Shown in pieces: positions 13,805 to 24,284 of a DNA stretch of 32,000 bases. Both the position numbers and the translations under genes were made by a program. Under the pieces are notes generated by a model. It did no database searches, was not told where the DNA came from, and saw only the letters and a program-made list of their open reading frames with translations. Position 1 is the stretch's first letter, and each line of letters starts with the position of its first letter. Source of the stretch: Polynucleobacter necessarius (lineage in GTDB: Bacteria; Pseudomonadota; Gammaproteobacteria; Burkholderiales; Burkholderiaceae); NCBI RefSeq assembly GCF_900095195.1, contig NZ_LT606950.1, forward strand, positions 997,207 through 1,029,206. Direction: 5' to 3'.

Positions 13805-14632
13805 ATGAGCCAGTCACCACAAAGCATCATTGAACAAGCCTGGGAAAACCGTGCAAACCTCTCACCCAATGCCGTCCCTGGAGACGTCCGAGGTGCTGTC
13901 AATTCAGTCTTGGAAGGCCTAAATGACGGGACGATTCGCGTTGCAGAGCGTCGTGACGTCGGTAAGTGGGAAGTAAATCAATGGGTTAAGAAGGCAGTGC
14001 TGCTCTCGTTCCGCCTTGAAGACAATATTCCGATGAATGCTGGGGGCTATACCCAGTTCTACGACAAGGTTCCTAGTAAGTTTGAAGGCTATACCGCCGC
14101 GGACTTCGCTGCAGGGGGTTTTCGGGTAGTCCCTCCTGCGGTAGCCCGTCGCGGCTCCTTTATCGGTAAAAATGCGGTTTTGATGCCCTCCTACGTCAAT
14201 ATTGGAGCCTACGTCAGCGAAGGCACAATGGTTGATACCTGGGCAACCGTTGGCTCCTGTGCCCAAATCGGCAAAAACGTCCACCTTTCTGGCGGCGTTG
14301 GTATTGGCGGTGTTTTGGAGCCTATCCAAGCTGGTCCAGTGATTATTGAAGAAAACTGCTTTATTGGCGCCCGCTCCGAAGTTGTCGAAGGCGTTGTTAT
14401 TGAAGAGAATGCCGTTTTGTCGATGGGCGTCTATATTGGTCAAAGCACAAAAATTTATGATCGCGAAACGGGTGAGGTTCATTACGGTCGCGTTCCTGCA
14501 GGTTCCGTAGTGGTTCCAGGCTCCCTTCTCTCTGCTTGTGGCAAGTACAGTTTGTATGCCGCCATCATCGTGAAAAAAGTAGATGCTCAAACCCGAGCCA
14601 AAACTGCGATTAACGAATTACTGCGCGATTAA
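13805..14632 (+). CDS. dapD: 2,3,4,5-tetrahydropyridine-2,6-dicarboxylate N-succinyltransferase
   Basis: The 275-aa ORF has a typical DapD N-terminal domain ([12 protein letters not shown]...TIRVAE) and a left-handed beta-helix hexapeptide region. Confidence 0.96.
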   Translation: MSQSPQSIIEQAWENRANLSPNAVPGDVRGAVNSVLEGLNDGTIRVAERRDVGKWEVNQWVKKAVLLSFRLEDNIPMNAGGYTQFYDKVPSKFEGYTAADFAAGGFRVVPPAVARRGSFIGKNAVLMPSYVNIGAYVSEGTMVDTWATVGSCAQIGKNVHLSGGVGIGGVLEPIQAGPVIIEENCFIGARSEVVEGVVIEENAVLSMGVYIGQSTKIYDRETGEVHYGRVPAGSVVVPGSLLSACGKYSLYAAIIVKKVDAQTRAKTAINELLRD

Positions 14633-14638
14633 TTCTGT

Positions 14639-15790
14639 ATGAGCGCCACTCTCGAACTCACGGAAACACTGATTGCTTGTCAGTCGGTGACCCCTGCTGA
14701 CAGTGGCTGCCAAGATTTGATTGCTAAGCGCTTACGAGCAATTGGCTTTCATACTGAAAGTGTTGTGAGCGGCCCCGAGAATTTTCAAGTAACCAATTTG
14801 TGGGCCATCAAAAAAGGGAAGGCTGGCGATGAAGGCAAAGTATTAATGTTTGCCGGTCACACCGATGTAGTGTCAACGGGCCCATTAGAAAAGTGGACAA
14901 GCAATCCCTTTAAGCCAACCATTCGTGATGGCAAGCTGTATGGACGCGGCGCTGCGGATATGAAAACCTCGCTAGCAGGCTTTGTGGTGGCTACAGAAGA
15001 ATTCATCACCGCTCATCCTGATCACAATGGATCGATTGCCTTTTTGATTACGAGCGATGAAGAAGGCCCAGCTAACGATGGCACCGTCATCATGTGCGAG
15101 CGTTTACAAAAACACCGTCAGCGTTTGGATTACTGTGTGATTGGCGAACCTACGTCCGTTTATCAACTGGGTGACATGATTAAAAATGGGCGACGCGGTT
15201 CCTTATCCGGCAGAGTGAAAATCAAAGGAATTCAGGCGCATATTGCGTACCCGCATTTAGGCAAGAATCCAATTCACCTCTCAGCACCGGCAATAACCGC
15301 ACTAGTAGAAACCGAGTGGGACAATGGAAATGAATACTTCCAACCAACTAGCTTTCAGATTTCCAATGTTCATGCTGGAACAGGCACAAACAATGTGATC
15401 CCAGGCGAATTGGTTATCGACTGTAACTTCCGCTTCTCCACTGAAAGCAAGCCGGAGCAATTGCGTGAGCGACTTGAAACCATACTCAAGAACGCTGGCC
15501 TCGACTTTGACGTTAAGTGGGTTTTGGGTGGTAGCCCCTTTATTACGGGCGATGGGGCGCTTGCTGGCGCTCTGCGTAAAGCCATTAAAGAAGAAACTCA
15601 GGTTGATACTGAACTCTCCACTACAGGCGGCACGAGCGACGGACGCTTTATTGCCAAAATCTGCAAAGAGGTTATGGAATTTGGGCCCTTGAACGCAACT
15701 AGTCACAAAATCGATGAGTGCGTCATCGTAGATGATGTTGAGCCACTGAAAAATATCTACCGCAAGACGCTTGAGCAATTAATTGCCTAA
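14639..15790 (+). CDS. dapE: succinyl-diaminopimelate desuccinylase (M20 peptidase)
   Basis: The 383-aa ORF has the motifs [16 protein letters not shown] and TSDEEG. It lies immediately downstream of dapD. Confidence 0.95.
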   Translation: MSATLELTETLIACQSVTPADSGCQDLIAKRLRAIGFHTESVVSGPENFQVTNLWAIKKGKAGDEGKVLMFAGHTDVVSTGPLEKWTSNPFKPTIRDGKLYGRGAADMKTSLAGFVVATEEFITAHPDHNGSIAFLITSDEEGPANDGTVIMCERLQKHRQRLDYCVIGEPTSVYQLGDMIKNGRRGSLSGRVKIKGIQAHIAYPHLGKNPIHLSAPAITALVETEWDNGNEYFQPTSFQISNVHAGTGTNNVIPGELVIDCNFRFSTESKPEQLRERLETILKNAGLDFDVKWVLGGSPFITGDGALAGALRKAIKEETQVDTELSTTGGTSDGRFIAKICKEVMEFGPLNATSHKIDECVIVDDVEPLKNIYRKTLEQLIA

Positions 15791-15845
15791 GTATCTGCCT
15801 GCTCCTCTCTCCCCTCTACTTCTCCATTAATCCACTATTTCCATC

Positions 15846-16742
15846 ATGGACCCTGAGCCTTCACAAGCGATGACCGTCAATCAATGTATTGACCAAATTA
15901 CGCAGAAATTAGAAGCAGCCAATTTGCATTACGGTCATGGCGCAATTGATGCCAACAGCGAAGCGTTATGGATCGTGAGTAAACAACTTGATCTAAGCCC
16001 ATCGGAAACGCTCGATCACCTGGATCAGACACTGTCACCCGACAAGCACCAAAAATCGTTTGCTGTTGCAGACCAACGCATTTCAACCAGAAAACCCTTG
16101 GCCTATATTTTGGGTGAAGCTTGGCTCATGGGCGTACCGTTCTTTTGCAGCGAGCAAAGTATTGTTCCCCGTTCCTGGATCGCGGAACTCATTGTGGATG
16201 GCTCATTAGAGCCTTGGCTACCTGCTGATGGCAATGTATTAGATCTATGCACTGGCAATGGCTCTTTAGCAATCTTGCTTGCCTTGTCTTGTCCAGACAT
16301 TCATGTCAGTGCGTGCGATATTAGTTTGCCAGCTCTATCTGTTGCGGCGCGTAATGTAGATCGCCACAGCCTAAGCTCGCAAATCGATCTTTTAGAGGGG
16401 GATCTTTGGGAAGCCTTGCCTGAGCCTAATGAGGACAATCTCTTTGATCTCATCATCTGCAACCCGCCCTATGTGAACGCAAATTCTATGGGTAAACTGC
16501 CCGCCGAATACCTGGCAGAGCCAAGCTTGGCACTTGCTGGCGGAGAGGATGGCATGGATCTGATTCGCAGAATTATTGCGCAAGCCCCGGATTATCTATC
16601 CGAACGTGGCGCCCTCTTACTTGAAATTGGTAATGAGTATGAGAACTTCAAAAAAGCGTTTCCGCAAATTCCGGTGATTTGGATGGAAGTGTCGGCCGGC
16701 GAAGAGCAAGTTCTTCTGATACAAGCTGAAGATTTGCGGTAA
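15846..16742 (+). CDS. prmB: 50S ribosomal protein L3 N5-glutamine methyltransferase
   Basis: The 298-aa ORF has the SAM-binding VLDLCTGNGSLAI, the NPPY motif (ICNPPYV) and a PrmB-type N-terminus (LHYGHGAIDANSEALW). Confidence 0.85.
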   Translation: MDPEPSQAMTVNQCIDQITQKLEAANLHYGHGAIDANSEALWIVSKQLDLSPSETLDHLDQTLSPDKHQKSFAVADQRISTRKPLAYILGEAWLMGVPFFCSEQSIVPRSWIAELIVDGSLEPWLPADGNVLDLCTGNGSLAILLALSCPDIHVSACDISLPALSVAARNVDRHSLSSQIDLLEGDLWEALPEPNEDNLFDLIICNPPYVNANSMGKLPAEYLAEPSLALAGGEDGMDLIRRIIAQAPDYLSERGALLLEIGNEYENFKKAFPQIPVIWMEVSAGEEQVLLIQAEDLR

Positions 16743-16760
16743 CTAATAAATAATCGGTAA

Positions 16761-18125
16761 TTAGCTAAGTTCTGCAGCTACAGCAATTGCCTGATCGATT
16801 CGCTCCACTGGAATTACTTTTAAGCCAGCGATCTTGGTCTTTGGCATATTCGCTTTTGGGATGACCGCTACGGTAAAGCCCAATTTAGCCGCTTCTTTAA
16901 GTCGCTCTTGACCACGAGGACAAGGCCGAATTTCCCCAGCCAAGCCAACCTCACCAAAAACAATCAACCCTTTTGGGAGGGCACGATTGCGAATCGAGGA
17001 TTGAATTGCCAATAATACCGCCAGGTCAGCTGCAGGCTCAGAAATTTTGACACCACCAACGGCATTCAAGAATACATCTTGATCAAAGCATGCTACTCCG
17101 GCATGGCGATGCAATACCGCCAAAAGCATTGCTAAACGAGCCTGCTCAAGACCTACCGCAAGGCGACGCGGATTTGGCACATGCGCAGTATCCACCAGCG
17201 CTTGAATTTCTACCAACAGCGGCCTGCTACCCTCTTGCGTGACCAGCACACAAGCACCTGGCACCATTTGCTCATGCTGCGATAAGAAAATTGCCGAAGG
17301 ATTGGTGACGCCACGCAATCCTTTTTCAGTCATCGCGAATACGCCAAGCTCATTGACCGCGCCGAAACGATTTTTAATAGAGCGAATCAAGCGAAATGAT
17401 GAATGTGTATCGCCCTCAAAGTACAACACGGTGTCCACAATATGTTCCAGTACGCGTGGTCCTGCTAAATGCCCATCTTTCGTGACATGACCTACCATCA
17501 ATACACAGATCCCACTCGCCTTTGCGGCTCTCGTCAGTTGCGCAGCACATTCGCGCACTTGTGCTACTGATCCTGGAGCGGAACTGAGCACCTCAGAATA
17601 TAAAGTCTGTATCGAATCCACTACCAATACCTGGGGCTTAACCGTATCCATGATGGAGATTAATTTCTCCAACTGAATCTCTGCTAAGACCTCAAGCTGT
17701 GGAGCATTTAGCGCAATCCGCTTGGCACGCAACGCAATTTGCGCAGCAGACTCTTCACCGCTGCTGTAAAGCACATTCATGCCGGCAGCACTCATTTCTG
17801 CAAGGGCTTGCAATAGTAATGTTGACTTACCGATTCCTGGGTCCCCGCCTAACAACACCACGCCACCAGGAACTAAACCGCCACCCAATACGCGATCAAA
17901 TTCTTCTACACCTGCACTAAAGCGGGGCAAGTCTTCTGCGGTAATTGCTGAGAGCTTTTGCCTTGATAAGGATTGCGCCAAACCCTGAAAACGCGAATTC
18001 GAAGTGGTTTCTGGCAAACCTTCTTCCATGGTGTTCCACGCCTGGCAGGAAGGACATTGTCCCTGCCATTTAGCAGAGGTGCCACCACAGGATTGGCAGA
18101 TATAAACCGTTTTGACTTTGGCCAA
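16761..18125 (-). CDS. radA: DNA repair protein RadA/Sms
   Basis: The 454-aa ORF has the C4 zinc finger CQSCGGTSAKWQGQCPSCQAWNT, Walker A GDPGIGKST, the KNRFG motif and a Lon-like C-terminal domain. The start codon is a TTG, with an in-frame TGA 13 codons upstream. Confidence 0.95.
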   Translation of the reverse strand: MAKVKTVYICQSCGGTSAKWQGQCPSCQAWNTMEEGLPETTSNSRFQGLAQSLSRQKLSAITAEDLPRFSAGVEEFDRVLGGGLVPGGVVLLGGDPGIGKSTLLLQALAEMSAAGMNVLYSSGEESAAQIALRAKRIALNAPQLEVLAEIQLEKLISIMDTVKPQVLVVDSIQTLYSEVLSSAPGSVAQVRECAAQLTRAAKASGICVLMVGHVTKDGHLAGPRVLEHIVDTVLYFEGDTHSSFRLIRSIKNRFGAVNELGVFAMTEKGLRGVTNPSAIFLSQHEQMVPGACVLVTQEGSRPLLVEIQALVDTAHVPNPRRLAVGLEQARLAMLLAVLHRHAGVACFDQDVFLNAVGGVKISEPAADLAVLLAIQSSIRNRALPKGLIVFGEVGLAGEIRPCPRGQERLKEAAKLGFTVAVIPKANMPKTKIAGLKVIPVERIDQAIAVAAELS

Positions 18126-18157
18126 GAGTGACTCAGTATTAAAAATAATGAAATGAA

Positions 18158-18667
18158 TTAATCAAGCTGTGTGCCGGCTTTGTTTTCTTGTGCACGCTTA
18201 GGGGCGTCTTTACGGCGCTGTTCTAGATCAGCCGCTCTTGCTGCAGCAGCCTTCTGTTTCTCGTTAAACTCGCGCTGATTATCAGCACGTTCAGCTGCTT
18301 TTGCAGGGGAAGCACGTTCAGCAGCGCGTTTTTGATCCTCTTGATCTTTAATGCTTTTGCGCAAATTACGTTGCACCTCATGCAAAGCCCGCTCCTGCTC
18401 ACTAATTGGATCAACCTCTTTACGGTATTGCGCACGTGCGTTACGCAAGCAGTAATTCACCCAGTAGTTTGCATAACACTCCGATGAGGCTTTGCCCCAG
18501 CGGTATTTTACCCAATCGCGTTGCAACTCTAATTCCGCCTCAATCTTATCGAGCCTATCCAGTTCCGCTTCCTCTGCGGGTGTAGCGAGAGCCACCCCAC
18601 TGAAAGCATTAACCAGCAAAAAGATTCCAATAAAGACCTTGGATCGGAATGAAAGAGGTTTTCTCAA
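18158..18667 (-). CDS. hypothetical exported protein
   Basis: The 169-aa ORF has a signal-peptide-like N-terminus MRKPLSFRSKVFIGIFLLVNAFSGVALA. It also has a Cys pair (SSECYANYWVNYC) and a K/R/E/A-rich tail. Its TTG start overlaps the kup stop (TTGA). I recognise no family. Confidence 0.55.
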   Translation of the reverse strand: MRKPLSFRSKVFIGIFLLVNAFSGVALATPAEEAELDRLDKIEAELELQRDWVKYRWGKASSECYANYWVNYCLRNARAQYRKEVDPISEQERALHEVQRNLRKSIKDQEDQKRAAERASPAKAAERADNQREFNEKQKAAAARAADLEQRRKDAPKRAQENKAGTQLD

Positions 18668-20610
18668 ATCTCTACCTTCGCGCCCAACTCAACCAAACGG
18701 TTCGCTGGAATCCTAAAGAAGTTCGATTGACGACCTGCATTTTGATACATCCAACAAAACAAACGCTCACGCCAGAGAGCCATTCCTGGAATAGCAGATG
18801 GAACAATAGTGTCGCGTGACAAGAAGAATGAAGTATTCATCATATCAAACTTCATATCAAAGTGAGATTCAATCAACTGAATGATAGTTCCCATATCCGG
18901 AGTTTCTTTGAAACCATAGATTGCCCGCACAACAAAAATATTGCCGCCCAAATCCTTAAGGGTGATGCGATCTTGATCGTTGACATAAGGCACATCCCAA
19001 ATGCTGACTTTCAAAAAGAAGACTCTCTCATGCAGGACGTGGTTGTGCTTAAGGTTGTGCAAAAAAGATACTGGTAAATAGTCGACATGGGCTGTTAAAA
19101 ATATCGCGGTACCCTCAACGCGATGCGGCGGATGTTGGAGTAAGGCGCCAATAAAGCTGCTTAGTTGAATACCTTCATCCATTGCACGTTTTCGCAATAT
19201 TTGACGCCCCCGATACCAAGTAATGAGGCAGGTAAAGCGCAGCAATCCCAAAGCCAACGGATACCATCTACCATCCTTGATCTTAATAAGGTTAGCTGTC
19301 CAAAAGGCAAAATCCACCAAAAAGAAAGATGCAGTAATGGTGGCAACTAGGAAAACATTCATCTTCCACTCTCGAAACATCACCACGGCAAGCAAGATTG
19401 TTGTTATCAACATCGTCGATGTAACCGAAATGCCGTATGCAGCAGAGAGGTTAACAGACTCTCGAAACTCAATGAGGGTAACAACCACCACAAAGAGCAA
19501 GGCCCAGTTGACAATAGGAATGTAAATTTGCCCTTGTTCAGAATCTGAGGTGTGAAGAATATTCATGCGAGACATGAAGCCCAACAAAATTGCCTGACTG
19601 ACTAGTGAATATGCACCAGAAATTACTGCCTGAGATGCAATCACTGTCGCCACGGTAGCCAAGCCCACGGTTGGCCACAAAGCCCACTCTGGAACCATCA
19701 AGTAAAAAGGATTTTTAATAGCCTCCGGGGTTCGAGAGCAGTAAAGCGCCCTGCCCCAAATAATTGATCAGAAGACTCGGCAAAACAACCAGCAGCCAAG
19801 CATAACGAACAGGAGTGCGACCAAAATGGCCCATATCCAAATAGAGCGCTTCAACGCCAGTAACAACAAGTACAACAGCGCCCATTACGATATAGGCAAT
19901 TGTGAGATGTAGCGCCACAAAGTCGATGGCATATAAAGGATTAACAGCAGCAACAATTTCTGGTGCGTCACCAATATTGGCAATACCGAGAGCCGCCAAC
20001 GTCACAAACCAAGCTAGCGTGATAGGGCCAAATAATTTACCAACTGCTGCAGTCCCATATTTTTGAATCAAAAACAGAGCTACTAAAATAATTAAAGAAA
20101 TTGGAATAATGAATTTATGCAAACCCGGGGTTGCAATTTCAATACCCTCAACAGCAGATAAAACTGAGATTGCTGGGGTGATAACGGACTCACCCAAAAG
20201 CATGCAAGCACCTAACATGCCCATAATCATGAAAAAGAAATAGCCTTTTGACTTGCTATCAAATGAACGAAGTGCCAACGCCATGAGAGAAAGCACCCCG
20301 CCCTCACCTTTATTGTCAGCCCGCATCACAAATAAAACATACTTCACTGTAACTACAAGAATTAGAGCCAAAATCATCATTGAGATCACGCCAAATAATG
20401 CTTCTTGCGTGAAAGCAATGCCATGATGCGGGTCGAAACGCTCCTTAAGAGCGTATAAAGGGCTTGTGCCAATATCCCCGAACACCACACCAATCGCGGC
20501 GAGCATCATGACTCCAAGGCTCTTTTCTTTTTATGCTCACCGCCAGGTCCGCTGACCTGCACAGGATTCAAAAGGGTTGAACTTGAAAACTCGGGATTAC
20601 TAATTGACAT
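18664..20610 (-). pseudogene. kup: KUP/HAK/KT potassium uptake protein, frameshifted
   Basis: The N-terminal ORF 20509..19715 contains [20 protein letters not shown]. The C-terminal ORF 19701..18664 (VPEWALWPTVGLATVATVIASQAVISGAYS...) is in another frame. The frames rejoin across a C4 run (plus-strand GGGG 19727..19730). A likely original start is the ATG at 20610 (MSISNPEF...GGEHKK). It is in a third phase relative to the N-terminal ORF, across the A-rich tract 20521..20535. Confidence 0.85.
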
Positions 20611-20723
20611 CTCATTACCTTAAGGTGATGTTGCGTGGCAATATGTTACTCCTTCTGCGCGGCCATTAAATTTGAAATTTCCGGCAAAAAACTGCATTTT
20701 TAGGCGTTTTAGAGTGGAAAACC

Positions 20724-20753
20724 TCGACATTGCAGTGCAAAAAATGGTAAAAT
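20724..20753 (+). promoter_or_regulatory. candidate promoter for the initiator tRNA
   Basis: The -35 element is TCGACA (20724..20729). An extended -10, TGgTAAAAT, spans 20745..20753. The tRNA 5' end is 13 nt downstream. This rests on pattern only. Confidence 0.4.
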
Positions 20754-20765
20754 TTCACCCTCAGA

Positions 20766-20842
<77 letters not shown>

Positions 20843-20850
20843 AATTCACA

Positions 20851-20892
20851 AAAGGCTTCTTCGTCAATCGACCAAGAAACCTTTTTGTTTTT
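20851..20892 (+). terminator. possible rho-independent terminator after the tRNA
   Basis: An imperfect stem AAAGGCTTCTT pairs with AAGAAACCTTT (one mismatch, 12-nt loop). It is followed by TTTTTGTTTTT. Confidence 0.4.
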
Positions 20893-20940
20893 ACTTCACC
20901 GTTACACCCTAGGTTCACCAACTAATGAATGGGTGCTGAG

Positions 20941-22347
20941 TTATTTCTTTTTTAAGCCGCCGAGTAATGCGCCGACCGCTGGTTTTGCTGGAGTAATTCC
21001 TGCTTTCTTCACCTCAGGCGTGCTGCTCGCGATTGCTGGATCTGCGTTAACGGATTTAGGCGCACCGCCAGGCTCGTAGGGTTTGTAGAAAAACGGGTCT
21101 GTCGGCTGACCTGGGGTCGCTTTGACATCCGGCAATGGCGCGATCTCCAGTTTGCGCTTCATCAACTTTTCAATGTCATCGAGCAATCGTTTTTCACTAT
21201 CGTCGACCAAGGCAATCGCATCGCCCTTGCTACCCGCACGCCCAGTTCGTCCAATGCGGTGGATAAAGTCTTCGGCATTAAATGGCAACTCGTGATTAAT
21301 CACGCAGGGCATATCAGGAATATCTAAACCACGCGCGGCAACATCTGTAGCAACCAATGCTTCGATTGCGCCAGACTTAAATGCGTCCAGAGTTAACGTT
21401 CTTTCACCCTGACTCTTATCACCATGAATGGCGCCTGCTTTAATGCCATCACGCTCAAGTGCGCGCGCCAATCTTGCACAACCGAGGCGGCTGTTCGTAA
21501 AGATGATGCACTGACGGGATAAGCCCTGACGGGTACGATTTTCAAGTACCTTGACGATAGCGCGCTGCTTGTCTTCCAATGCCACTAAATGCACGACCTG
21601 TTTAACCGTATCTGCCGCGGCATTTTGACGAGCCACTTCAACCGTTACCGGCGAACGCAAATAACTTTGCGCTAATTTCTTAATCTCTGGCGAGAACGTC
21701 GCGGAGAACAACAACGTTTGTCGTTGTGCAGGTATCGAATTAATAATGCGTTGCAAATCTGGCAAGAAGCCCATATCGAGCATGCGGTCCGCTTCATCCA
21801 ATACTAAAATTTCTACTTGAGATAGGTTGGCAACTTTAGATCCAATGTGATCTAGTAGACGGCCTGGTGTCGCAATCAGAATTTCCACTCCATTACGCAA
21901 AACGGTGACCTGCTCTTTCATATCCACGCCACCATACACTACGGCAGAGCGCAGATCGGTATGCTTCGAATAATTGGCAGCGTTCTCAGCAACCTGAACT
22001 GCCAACTCACGAGTTGGTGTCAGCACCAATGCCCGAATTGGATGACGTGCGGGCGAAGCGCTATTGCTGGCATGGCGCAAGATTTTTTGAATGATCGGCA
22101 ATGTAAACGCTGCCGTTTTACCCGTACCAGTTTGGGCGGCACCCATCAAATCACTTCCAGCCAAAACATGGGGAATCGATTTGGCCTGAATCGGAGTAGG
22201 AGTGTTGTAACCCTGCTCGGCAACCGCCTTTTGAATCAGCGGATCTAAACCAAAATCGGCAAAGGCAATGGTATCGGTAGGGGTGGTACTAGGGGCGGCA
22301 TTGCTAGCCCCTGTGGTTGACTGAAATTCAGTAGCAGTATTAGTCAA
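20941..22347 (-). CDS. rhlE: ATP-dependent RNA helicase, DEAD-box (RhlE-like)
   Basis: The 468-aa ORF has the motifs AQTGTGKT, PTRELA, DEAD (VLDEADRMLDMGF), SAT and HRIGRTGRAG, plus a basic/Pro-rich tail. The annotated start is a TTG 6 nt after the upstream stop, so the true start is uncertain. Confidence 0.9.
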   Translation of the reverse strand: MTNTATEFQSTTGASNAAPSTTPTDTIAFADFGLDPLIQKAVAEQGYNTPTPIQAKSIPHVLAGSDLMGAAQTGTGKTAAFTLPIIQKILRHASNSASPARHPIRALVLTPTRELAVQVAENAANYSKHTDLRSAVVYGGVDMKEQVTVLRNGVEILIATPGRLLDHIGSKVANLSQVEILVLDEADRMLDMGFLPDLQRIINSIPAQRQTLLFSATFSPEIKKLAQSYLRSPVTVEVARQNAAADTVKQVVHLVALEDKQRAIVKVLENRTRQGLSRQCIIFTNSRLGCARLARALERDGIKAGAIHGDKSQGERTLTLDAFKSGAIEALVATDVAARGLDIPDMPCVINHELPFNAEDFIHRIGRTGRAGSKGDAIALVDDSEKRLLDDIEKLMKRKLEIAPLPDVKATPGQPTDPFFYKPYEPGGAPKSVNADPAIASSTPEVKKAGITPAKPAVGALLGGLKKK

Positions 22348-22353
22348 GGGAAC

Positions 22354-22761
22354 TTACAGAATGGCTGCGATGCCAGCCTTAGCGGTCTCTGCATCCTCAG
22401 TCGATTTAACGCCGGAAACGCCGACTGCGCCGATGGTAAACCCATTTACCTCGATATTGACCCCACCCTCTAACATGCCTGAAATATGTGGGGCAGATAA
22501 GAAAGAGGTGCGACCATTATTAATAATTTCTTCATACACGCGACTCTCGCGTTTGCCCATCGCAGCAGTACGCGCTTTTTCTTGAGCAATGTAGGCTGAT
22601 ACCGGTGCACAACCATCGCGGCGAGTTAAACCTAATACATGACCTCCGTCATCGCAAACCGCAATGGTCACAGCCCAATTATTCGCGGCCGCATGTTTGT
22701 TTGCAGCATCCAAAATCTTTTGAACATCTGCTTGTGTCAAGTAGGGTTTAGTTGCCAACAT
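22354..22761 (-). CDS. GlcG/HbpS-like (DUF336) putative heme-binding protein
   Basis: The 135-aa ORF has the typical family length and pattern (AVCDDGGHVLGLTRRDG...IGAVGVSG). AAGGA lies upstream of the ATG. Confidence 0.75.
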   Translation of the reverse strand: MLATKPYLTQADVQKILDAANKHAAANNWAVTIAVCDDGGHVLGLTRRDGCAPVSAYIAQEKARTAAMGKRESRVYEEIINNGRTSFLSAPHISGMLEGGVNIEVNGFTIGAVGVSGVKSTEDAETAKAGIAAIL

Positions 22762-22926
22762 GTTGAATCCTTTTCAATACTGTGTCTCAAATATGTTTTA
22801 TGTGCTGGAAGTGCAATCATTGCCAGCTCCTGAATTATAAAGGGTGTGGCTTAGCCCACCACATTAGGCCAACCATACCCCTGTTTCCTCCAAAAACGTC
22901 ATTTGGGCTTTTCAGCCCCCTTCTGA

Positions 22927-24112
22927 TTACTTCAGAAACTCTTGAGCAGCTACTACCCCACTCGCTTTGGGCTTGTAACCCATAGATCCCAAACTCATCT
23001 CAACACCACTCAGGGCAGCCATTAAGCTAAGTTCATTACAGTCACCTAAGTGACCAATTCGGAATGCCTTGCCTTTAATTTTTCCAAGCCCCGTACCTAA
23101 GGAAAGATTGAATTTTTCCAAGGCATGTTTTCGTAAGACATCAGCATCCATACCCTCAGGGGTTGCAATACAAGTCAGTACCGGAGGATAGCAATCCTGA
23201 TCTTGGCACTGAATTTCTAATCCCCACGCATTGACTGCAGCACGGCAAGCTGCGGCTAAACGTTGGTGACGAGCAAAGACCGTATCCAGCCCTTCTGCCA
23301 ACATCATGTCTATCGCCTCATGCAATCCATACATCAGATTAGTACTTGGTGTTGTCGGCCAGTATCCATTTTTATGGGACTCTAAAATTTCATCCAAAGC
23401 CCAATACGATTTTGGAAACGTACTGCGCTTGCTCGCTTCAATCGCTTTTGGAGATAACGCACTAAAGCCAATACCAGGTGGCAGCATTAGGCCTTTTTGT
23501 GAGCCAGAGACTGTTACGTCTGCACCCCATTTGTCGTGCTCATAGTCCGCAGAGCCAAGCCCTGAAACGCTATCCACCAATAGCAATGCTGGATGTTTTG
23601 CCGCATCAATCGCTTTACGAACGGCTGCGATATTGGAAGTCACACCAGTAGAGGTTTCGCTATGCACGACACACACAGTCTTAATTTCGTGCTGGGCATC
23701 GTTACGTAAACGCTCCTCAATAACTGCCGCATCCACACCCCAACGCCAAGAATCTTTTCCAGGCTTGCCAACAACTTCTACATTCAATCCCAGTCGCTGT
23801 GCTAATGCTCTCCATAAGTTAGCAAATTGACCGGTCTCATAAAAGAGCACCTTATCCCCAGGATTGAGAATGTTGACTAATGCGCCTTCCCATGAGCCCG
23901 TTCCAGATGCCGAATAAATAATCACTGGCTGCTCAGTTTTGAAAATCTTTTTAATGCCTTCTAAAACTTTTAAACCAAACGCGCCAAACTCTGGACCACG
24001 GTGATCAATCGTTTGATAACTGATTGCACGCAATACGCGAGGTGGCACCGGACTTGGGGCCAGGGATATGCAAAAAATGACGGCCTGATGCGTGATTATG
24101 GAATTTGAGCAT
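22927..24112 (-). pseudogene. class-V PLP aminotransferase (serine/alanine-glyoxylate aminotransferase type) with an N-terminal frameshift
   Basis: The main ORF 24048..22927 opens at a GTG and starts at VPPRVLRAISYQTIDHRGPEFG. It has the PLP-lysine motif SGSQKGL. The expected N-terminus MLKFHNHASGRHFLHIPGP is encoded from the ATG at 24112 in a different phase. Removing one base in 24053..24059 joins them as ...IPGPSPVPPRVLRA. Confidence 0.7.
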
Positions 24113-24197
24113 AGTTTGTCTCGCTGAATGTAGGTTTTGGTTTTAAGGGATTAATGAAAATGAATGGCTACTGTAAGCCATTTTTTGATAATTTTCC

Positions 24198-24213
24198 ATT
24201 TTGCATACAAAAT
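24198..24213. promoter_or_regulatory. GntR-type operator-like imperfect palindrome (site 1)
   Basis: ATTTTGCATACAAAAT lies in the divergent intergenic region, about 86 nt upstream of the aminotransferase ATG. It shares the core TTTGyATACAAA with site 2. Confidence 0.4.
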
Positions 24214-24272
24214 ATTCTGAATAGATTAGCAATATATGGCTTATTTATGCTTTATTATCAAGTATTGACTAT

Positions 24273-24284
24273 TTTGTATACAAA
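24273..24284. promoter_or_regulatory. GntR-type operator-like perfect palindrome (site 2)
   Basis: TTTGTATACAAA is a perfect 12-bp palindrome 17 nt upstream of the GntR ATG. It matches the FadR/GntR-type GT-N-AC core architecture. Confidence 0.45.

Noticed and set aside
18664-20610. Programmed ribosomal frameshifting or stop-codon readthrough as an explanation for split kup, zipA and the other broken genes.
   Set aside because: There are no slippery heptamers with downstream structure at the sites. Several loci carry multiple lesions of different kinds, and none of these families is known to use recoding. Pseudogenisation or sequence error is far more parsimonious.
22843-22920. Two small hairpins (GGTGTGGC/GCCCACC and GGGCT/AGCCC) between the aminotransferase and the GlcG-like gene, as possible terminators. 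There is also a minus-strand TATAAT near 22835.
   Set aside because: The stems are short or bulged and are not followed directly by a U-tract. No suitably spaced -35 accompanies the TATAAT. This is too weak to annotate.
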